The notes beneath the pieces were generated by a model. That model was not told the DNA's origin, searched no databases, and saw only the letters and a program-made list of their open reading frames with translations. From Planctomycetota bacterium (GTDB lineage Bacteria; Planctomycetota; UBA1135; UBA2386), in NCBI GenBank assembly GCA_025459175.1, contig JALORC010000003.1, forward strand, positions 6,819-70,818: 64,000 bases of DNA, in the 5' to 3' direction. The position numbers and the translations under genes were made by a program. Positions 58,051 through 64,000 of this stretch are shown here, piece after piece (position 1 is the stretch's first letter; every line of letters begins with the position of its first letter).

Positions 58051-60828
58051 TCACTGATTCACGATCGCCCCCGCCCCACCGCGCGGCGTGCGGTCCGCAT
58101 CGATCCAGTTGTTCAGCACGATGCCCGTCGCCGGATCCGCCAGCTTCCGCGCCAGCGTCCCGCCGAGCGGCCCCGCCATGTTCGGATCGGTCGCCCCGTC
58201 GCGCCGGTTCGGCCCCACCACCGGCAGGTCCAGCGGCTGGTTGCTCGAACCGTTGCTGACGCCGTTGCTGTCGACCACGCGGTCGAGGTCGTACTTCACC
58301 TGCGCCGGGTTGAACTGATTCGCCGGCGCCACACCGTCACTGCCGTAGCGGTTCGGGTTCTGGTCGAGCGGGTTCTGCGCCGCGCCGTTCTGGTCGAACA
58401 ACCACAGCCCGGTGCCGAGCCCCGCCACCATGTGCACGAAGAACGGCGAGTCCATCTGGTTGCCCGGGTTGCGGCCGATGTGCTGCTTCAGCAGCTGGAA
58501 CGGCAGGTTGCCGAAGTCGTTGTTCGCCAGGGTGGTGCGGAACTGCTGGTACTGCGCGCCATAGGTCGCGACCGAGTTGTCGGTCAGGTGGCACGACACG
58601 CAGTAGCGCGGCCCCTCGTCGGTCGGGCTCACGCGGCCGCGGATGCTGTGCGCGAGGAACGCGTTGTGGCCGAGCGACGGATACGGCCGCGCCTGCGTGT
58701 TGCCGCCGCCGCCGTTGCGGTCGGTGAACGCGAACACCGGCGTGCGGTCGTCGTTGAGGTCCTTGTAGCGGAAGAACACCTTGGTGTTGGTCGCCGACGT
58801 GCGGACCTTGTTGTCCATGCCGATGCCGAGGAAGAACGGCACCGGCGACTGGTAGACGAACTCGGCGAACCGCTGGCGGAACACGATGCGCTCGCCGGTG
58901 ATGTTGCTGAAGTTGTTGCCCTCGTTGTACTCACCCTCGAGGTGGCAACCGATGCAGCTGTTGCTCCACGCCGAGTGGCACGACGCGCACTGCATCGAGT
59001 CCATGTGGCTGAAGCCGGCGTGCGGGTTGTTCTGCTGCGGGCCGATGCCCGTGGCCGGGTCGCCGTCGTCGCGGCCCATCGCGAAGCTGCCCATCGCCGT
59101 GTAGATCGCCTCGCCCGTGGTCGGGTGCAGCTTGCCGCTGTCGACGATCACGTCGCGGACCTGGCGGATGTAGTGACGGCGGCCGTCGAGCTTGCTGGTC
59201 AGCCAGAAGTTGCCCGACGCGTCGCGTTCGACGTGGCGCAGCGGGTTGCCCTCGCTGTCGACGCCGAGCGTGGCGGTCTGACCGCTGTAGTTCTCGCCGG
59301 TGGTCGTGTTGGCGTAGGCGGTGGCGCTGCCGTGGCAGTCCTCGCAGCGGATCGTGATCGCGTGACCCATGCGGCTGACGATGTCGCCGCCGTTCGGCGC
59401 ACTCACGTTGCCGTGCAGGTCGACGGTGCCGTGGCAGTCGACGCAGCCCATGCCGGCCTCGTAGTGCACGTCGGCCGGCGTGTCGTCACGACCGTCGCCG
59501 TCGTAGTCCTCGCGCAACAGGTACTGGTTGTGGTTGCGACCGTTGAAGGTGCGGTTGTCGACCGCCGGGTCGAACAGGCGCGTGTCGTTGCGCGTGGTCG
59601 TGAAGCTGACCGGGTTGGCCGGGTACTGGAAGCCGCGCACCACGTCCTGGTTCTGGTCGAGGCGGATGCCCCAGTACTGCATCACCATGCGGTTGCTGCC
59701 CTGGTGGCAGCCCGCACAGGTGTGGTCGTCGATGCCCTGCACCGTGGTGCCGTTGGCGAGTGTGCGGGCGACGCCGCGCACGCGGTGCGAACGGATGTGC
59801 GCGCGCTCCGGGTCGTCGATGTCGTCCGGGTCGAGCGGCTCGTTCTTCGGCACGTTCGGGTCCTGGCTGCGGCTGCGACCGTCCTGGCTGTACGGCATGT
59901 GACAGGCCGAACAACCCGACGGGCGGAAGTCGCCGTAGCGGTTGTTGGCGCCGCTGCTGCCGAGGTGGCAGTCACCGCACGTGAACGCGACCTGCTCCTG
60001 GTAGAGCTTCGCGAGCCGCGAGCCACTGATCAGCGAACCATCCGGGTTCACGTCGTTGACCAGGTTGGCGGCGGTGAAGTCCTGGTTGCGGAAGATGTTC
60101 TCCGGCGCCTGCACCCGCTTGCTCCACACCTGCGGCTCGATCAGCCGACCGATCTTGCCCTCGTTGAGCGGATCGTGCACATGGGTCGGGTCCTCGACCG
60201 CGCGCCAGCCGTAGTCGGCGGCGTTGTCCTCGAACAGCCCGCGGTGCTCCGGGATCGCGTTCTCGATGCCGACGGCATAGAACGCGCCCGAGAAGATGCC
60301 CATCTCGGTGCCGAGCGGCGCCCGGCTCATGCTGGTCGCGTGCGCCGGGTGGCACTCACCACAACCGCGCTCGCGGCTGGTGACGCGCAGGTCGCCGGGG
60401 TTGAGGAACTGCAGGTAGTCGATGCCGGTGTAGGTGACGCCGTTGACCGTGTAGTCGGCGACCTTGTCGATGCCGGCCAGCGTCAGCTTGTTGAACCACG
60501 CATGCGCGTCGATGTCCTGCTGCGCACGGTCACCGATCGACGGCGGCGGCGGCACGTGGCTGCTCAGCATGTCGATGCCGTCGGGATTGCCGCCGTGGCA
60601 CTTCGTGCACAGCAGCATCTCGGCATCGCCGGGGAACGCGTGCGGGTTCTCCAGACCGGGACCGGCGTAGTCGTTGTGCAGCGAGCCGTTGTGGCACTTC
60701 ATGCACGACTCGGCGGTGGTGACCGCACCGGTGCGGCCCGACTGGTCGACGCACGACGTCTGCAAGGCCGAGGTCACCAGCACCACGGCGGTGCCGGCCA
60801 GAGCCAGATAGCGAATCGGATGATGCAT
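58051..60828 (-). CDS. 11-heme c-type cytochrome lipoprotein
   Basis: Probable lipoprotein signal ..VLVTSALQTSC; CxxCH motifs CMKCH, CTKCH, CGECH, CGDCH, CSACH, CAGCH, CVDCH, CEDCH, CASCH, CIGCH, CVSCH. Confidence 0.92.
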   Translation of the reverse strand: MHHPIRYLALAGTAVVLVTSALQTSCVDQSGRTGAVTTAESCMKCHNGSLHNDYAGPGLENPHAFPGDAEMLLCTKCHGGNPDGIDMLSSHVPPPPSIGDRAQQDIDAHAWFNKLTLAGIDKVADYTVNGVTYTGIDYLQFLNPGDLRVTSRERGCGECHPAHATSMSRAPLGTEMGIFSGAFYAVGIENAIPEHRGLFEDNAADYGWRAVEDPTHVHDPLNEGKIGRLIEPQVWSKRVQAPENIFRNQDFTAANLVNDVNPDGSLISGSRLAKLYQEQVAFTCGDCHLGSSGANNRYGDFRPSGCSACHMPYSQDGRSRSQDPNVPKNEPLDPDDIDDPERAHIRSHRVRGVARTLANGTTVQGIDDHTCAGCHQGSNRMVMQYWGIRLDQNQDVVRGFQYPANPVSFTTTRNDTRLFDPAVDNRTFNGRNHNQYLLREDYDGDGRDDTPADVHYEAGMGCVDCHGTVDLHGNVSAPNGGDIVSRMGHAITIRCEDCHGSATAYANTTTGENYSGQTATLGVDSEGNPLRHVERDASGNFWLTSKLDGRRHYIRQVRDVIVDSGKLHPTTGEAIYTAMGSFAMGRDDGDPATGIGPQQNNPHAGFSHMDSMQCASCHSAWSNSCIGCHLEGEYNEGNNFSNITGERIVFRQRFAEFVYQSPVPFFLGIGMDNKVRTSATNTKVFFRYKDLNDDRTPVFAFTDRNGGGGNTQARPYPSLGHNAFLAHSIRGRVSPTDEGPRYCVSCHLTDNSVATYGAQYQQFRTTLANNDFGNLPFQLLKQHIGRNPGNQMDSPFFVHMVAGLGTGLWLFDQNGAAQNPLDQNPNRYGSDGVAPANQFNPAQVKYDLDRVVDSNGVSNGSSNQPLDLPVVGPNRRDGATDPNMAGPLGGTLARKLADPATGIVLNNWIDADRTPRGGAGAIVNQ

Positions 60829-60920
60829 GGTTGTGCTCCCCTTCTCGGACCCGCGCACGGGCCCCGGTTGCCCGAGTGTCGAACTCATCGACACGCGGAC
60901 GTCATTCACGAAGTCCCCGG

Positions 60921-60955
60921 TCCCGGAACGGGACGGCAGCCGTCCCGCGCCGGGA
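60921..60955. terminator. Intercistronic stem-loop
   Basis: tcccgg-aa-cgggacgg-cag-ccgtcccg-cg-ccggga directly after the 7-heme gene stop; no U-tract. Confidence 0.5.
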
Positions 60956-60960
60956 TCCCC

Positions 60961-61611
60961 TCATCGCACCGTCGCCGGCCGCCAGCCGACCGGCATGTGA
61001 CAGCGGTCGCAGCGATCGACCCAGCCGAGCCCGATGTGCGGCGGGTTGGTCGTGCGCGCCGCCTCGTCGAAGTGGCAGCTCGAGCAGTCGGGATCGGTCG
61101 GTCGGAAGTTCTGCACCGACGCCCCGGCATGGCAACGATGGCAGGCGACCTGCAGGTGCGCGCCGGTCAGCGGCAAGCGCGTGTGCAGGTGCGCGGTGCG
61201 GGCGGTCGGCACGAACCACGTCGACTCGTCGTGGCAGCGCGCGCAGTCGAGCCCGAGCTCGCCGTAGTGCACGTCGGCGTGACAGCCGGCACAGCCCTGC
61301 ACGTGGAACGTCGCCACCGGACCACGGTCGTTGTGACAGCGCAGACACGCCGCCTCGGCGTGCGCGCCGTTCAGCGGCACCCCGGTGCGCGCGCCGTGGT
61401 CGAACACGAAGTCGGTGACCATCTCGTTCCACGACGCGCCGGCATGACACAGCTTGCAGTCGCCGGGGAACGACTCGTGCGGCACGACCAGGCCGAAGCC
61501 GGCCCACCACCGATGCAGCTCCCCCCGACCGGGGGCCGTGACCGTGCAGGCGACGATCGCCAGCGCCATCGCCAGCATCGTGAACAGACCGAAGTGAGGT
61601 TTCTTGTCCAT
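60961..61611 (-). CDS. 7-heme c-type cytochrome lipoprotein
   Basis: MDKKPHFGLFTMLAMALAIVAC lipobox; CKLCH, CLRCH, CAGCH, CARCH, CHRCH, CSSCH, CDRCH. Confidence 0.92.
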   Translation of the reverse strand: MDKKPHFGLFTMLAMALAIVACTVTAPGRGELHRWWAGFGLVVPHESFPGDCKLCHAGASWNEMVTDFVFDHGARTGVPLNGAHAEAACLRCHNDRGPVATFHVQGCAGCHADVHYGELGLDCARCHDESTWFVPTARTAHLHTRLPLTGAHLQVACHRCHAGASVQNFRPTDPDCSSCHFDEAARTTNPPHIGLGWVDRCDRCHMPVGWRPATVR

Positions 61612-61622
61612 GGCGGTCGTCC

Positions 61623-63290
61623 TCAGAAGTGCCGCTGCACGTAGATGCCGATGCCGAACGACAGCTGGTCGTCCCACAGGGTGCCGTCGCCGAAGAAGGT
61701 CGCGTTCCAGTTGCCGCCGAGGTCGGTGGTCCACAGGCCGCCGAGCCGATGCTGCAACAGGTCGTCGCGGTCGTTCGGGAAGCCCTGGTGGTGCACGAAG
61801 CCGAGCTCGTAGAGCAGGTCCAGGCGCCCGAACGAGTATTGCCCGCCGTGCTGGATGCGCCCGCCGAACAGGTTGGTGGCGAGCCCCTGCACCTGGAACA
61901 GCGCCAGCGTCGTGCGCGCCCGTTCCTGCAGCAGACCGTCGACCTCGACGCCGAGCTCGGCGGCGCCGCCGCTGCGCTCCTCGTCGATCCAGCCGGTGAG
62001 CCGGGTGAACCACCGCGAGCCATCGCTGCCGAACACGTACCCGTGCAGCGAGATGCGGTCCTGGTGCGCGTCGACCAGCGTCGCCGGCTGGATCGTCTGC
62101 GGCAGCTCCCTGCGCAGCAGCTCGGGATACTCCTCGTGGTCGTAGAGGAACTCGAGGCCGCCCTGCTTCGCCCAGCGCCGACTGGCGAACAAGTTCGCGC
62201 GCGACAGCTCGACGTTCTCGTCCTTGAGGTCGTCACCGGCGGTGTAGAAGTCGATCCACAGCGCCCCCTGCAGGTCCCAGCCCTCGAGCGGCAGATAGCG
62301 GCCTTTCAGCACCACGAGGTCGCGATCGGCGTCCCAGCGATGCCAGGTCTTCTGGTAGCCGACGGCGAAACTCAAGCGCTCGGCGACGTCCTGGTTCCAC
62401 ACGTACCAGGCCGCGAGCTGCAGGTCGGCGAACGACTCGAGATCCTCGTCGAGCTCGGGCAGGTAGCCGAAGCTGGCGCCGAAGCGATCGCCGCCCTCGC
62501 TGCGATGGCCGACCTCGACGCCGTCGAGGATGCCGAACTCGGGCATGTCGCGCTGCAGGAAGCGGCCGACCTGCCAGCGCCACGGTTCGAAGCGGTTGCC
62601 GCCGCGTTCGTAGCTGAGTTCGAAGAGGCGCAGGTCGGTGCCGGTGTTCTCCGACGTCTCGGTGCTCCAGTTCAGATCGCCGTGGAACCGCAGGATGCCA
62701 CCGTCGCCGCGCAGGTTGTCGATCTCGACGTCGGCGCCGGTGTTCAGGAACGACTGCGACCACGAGTTCAGCGTGCGCACGAGGTTGGCGGAGCCGTACA
62801 GGCGACCGGTCATCGAACTCGGCCGCTCGGCGGGCCGCGGCGGGCGCGTGGTACCGAGCAGCGGCATGCCCGGCTGCCACTCGTCCTCGGCCGGCGCCGG
62901 CTTCGGTGCCGGCTCCGTGGCGGTCCCTGGCGCGGTCGGAGCGACGGACGTCGATGGCGCCGCGGCGGCGCGCCGCGCGCTCGGCACCATCACGTGACCG
63001 CGGGTGCCGACCTGGATCACCACACTCGGATCGGCGAGCTCGACGACCGCGACGCGATCGCCGACCTCGACCACGGTGCCGGGCAGCGGCTGACCGTTGC
63101 GCGGCGCGAGCAGCACCCGGTCGCCGACCTCGACGAGATCGCGCTTGCCACGATCGACGACGCAGGCGCCGTTCGGCCGCAGCGACGACACGCGCAGCGC
63201 CACCTGCTCGACGGCGCCGTCCTGGGCCAGCGCCAGCGCACCGGTCGCCAACACGGCCAACAGCGATCGTGGTTCGTTTCGCATCGTCAT
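61623..63290 (-). CDS. Outer-membrane beta-barrel (putative cytochrome-associated porin) with N-terminal small beta domain
   Basis: Signal peptide; Pro/Ala linker; alternating amphipathic strands; C-terminal FGIGIYVQRHF (terminal Phe, BAM-type beta-signal); ATGA overlap with the upstream cytochrome. Confidence 0.8.
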   Translation of the reverse strand: MTMRNEPRSLLAVLATGALALAQDGAVEQVALRVSSLRPNGACVVDRGKRDLVEVGDRVLLAPRNGQPLPGTVVEVGDRVAVVELADPSVVIQVGTRGHVMVPSARRAAAAPSTSVAPTAPGTATEPAPKPAPAEDEWQPGMPLLGTTRPPRPAERPSSMTGRLYGSANLVRTLNSWSQSFLNTGADVEIDNLRGDGGILRFHGDLNWSTETSENTGTDLRLFELSYERGGNRFEPWRWQVGRFLQRDMPEFGILDGVEVGHRSEGGDRFGASFGYLPELDEDLESFADLQLAAWYVWNQDVAERLSFAVGYQKTWHRWDADRDLVVLKGRYLPLEGWDLQGALWIDFYTAGDDLKDENVELSRANLFASRRWAKQGGLEFLYDHEEYPELLRRELPQTIQPATLVDAHQDRISLHGYVFGSDGSRWFTRLTGWIDEERSGGAAELGVEVDGLLQERARTTLALFQVQGLATNLFGGRIQHGGQYSFGRLDLLYELGFVHHQGFPNDRDDLLQHRLGGLWTTDLGGNWNATFFGDGTLWDDQLSFGIGIYVQRHF

Positions 63291-64000
63291 TGCCTCCGGC
63301 GCCGGAACGCCGCACCGCCCTCTTCCCGTCCGTGACAGTCGACACACTCCACCGGCAACGGCTTGAAGCGCGTCACCGTCTTGCCCTCGATCGACTCCGG
63401 CTTGTGACAGCTCGCGCACGGCACCTTGCTGTGCTGGTCGCCGAGCTGGAAGCGCGAGTCGAGGTTGTGGCGGAACGACAGCGTCGCGAACGTGGTCGTG
63501 CTCTTGTGGCAGCGGTTGCAGTCGGTCTGACCGAGCCGCTCGAACTGCCGCTGGTGCGGATCCCGATGGCAATCGGCGCAGTCGCGGCCCGCGGCCTGCC
63601 GCCAGGTGCGACCGGCCGCGTCCGCGGTCGGCAGTCGTTCGTGGCAGCTCGTGCAGTCGAGCTCGGCGTGCCGCCCGGCCAGCACGTAGCCGGTCGCGGC
63701 GCCGTGGTCGAAGCCGTGCGGCAACGCGCGGAACGACGCGGTGTCGTGGCACCGCACACAGCCGGATCGACCGTCGATCGCGGTCGGCAGCGCGCCGCGA
63801 TCGAACGCCCCGGCGTGCGGGTCGCCGTGGCAGGTCGCACACGATGCGACCCCGGCACCGTGCTCGGGGATGCGCCCGAAGCGCCGCCCCAGTGGATCGG
63901 GGGCCGACGTGCGCGCGTGGCAATCGGTGCACTCGATCTGCGCGTGGGCGCCGTCGATGCGGAAGCCGGTCCAGTCGGCGTGGTCGAAGCGAGCGTGATC
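63287..64000 (-). CDS. C-terminal part of a large modular multiheme cytochrome c (5' end outside the window)
   Basis: Frame is open to the window edge; 8 CxxCH (CTDCH, CATCH, CVRCH, CTSCH, CADCH, CNRCH, CASCH, CVDCH) in repeated FDH..TG/SF.L.G.H modules. Confidence 0.92.
   Translation of the reverse strand, partial: DHARFDHADWTGFRIDGAHAQIECTDCHARTSAPDPLGRRFGRIPEHGAGVASCATCHGDPHAGAFDRGALPTAIDGRSGCVRCHDTASFRALPHGFDHGAATGYVLAGRHAELDCTSCHERLPTADAAGRTWRQAAGRDCADCHRDPHQRQFERLGQTDCNRCHKSTTTFATLSFRHNLDSRFQLGDQHSKVPCASCHKPESIEGKTVTRFKPLPVECVDCHGREEGGAAFRRRRQ

Noticed and set aside
57919-61644. 1241-aa + strand ORF and other very long antisense ORFs (e.g. 26411-29596, 39904-43041, 5077-7713, 23198-26161)
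   Set aside because: Shadow frames of high-GC genes; Arg/Ala/Val-rich with no motifs, opposite well-supported genes.
58051-64000. Assignment as mtrCAB, nrfAH or anammox hao/hzs
   Set aside because: Heme counts (11, 7, >=8) and barrel size differ from MtrCAB; no CxxCK motif; no recognisable HAO/HZS signatures.

Overview
High-GC bacterial DNA, most likely a Planctomycetota genome. This is inferred from the ECF-sigma/Ser-Thr-kinase pair, an ECF sigma fused to extracytoplasmic beta-sandwich domains, and many secreted repeat proteins. Left part (1-33.6 kb): housekeeping genes (RluA-family pseudouridine synthase, rpsU, recD2); a peroxide-stress operon (Fur/PerR-like regulator-ahpC-ahpD-dps) with two matching 15-bp palindromic operators; a LysM/membrane-enzyme triplet; surface-glycan modification genes; and an STK-Kelch-ECF locus. 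Middle part (33.6-57.9 kb): an accessory region with a secreted caspase-Sel1-DUF2610-like fusion, an ECF fusion, several secreted proteins, an orphan SMI1/KNR4 gene, an AAA/DUF4143 ATPase, and many truncated gene scars and junction repeats. Right end (58-64 kb): a co-oriented cluster of multiheme cytochrome, outer-membrane beta-barrel, 7-heme lipoprotein and 11-heme lipoprotein (at least 26 CxxCH motifs visible), a candidate porin-cytochrome conduit for extracellular electron transfer. Across the window, eight secreted proteins with varied passenger domains, plus three remnants, end in the same ~120-aa Cys-containing C-terminal domain, a candidate undescribed sorting/anchoring signal. All product calls come from motif recognition by eye; no searches were run.
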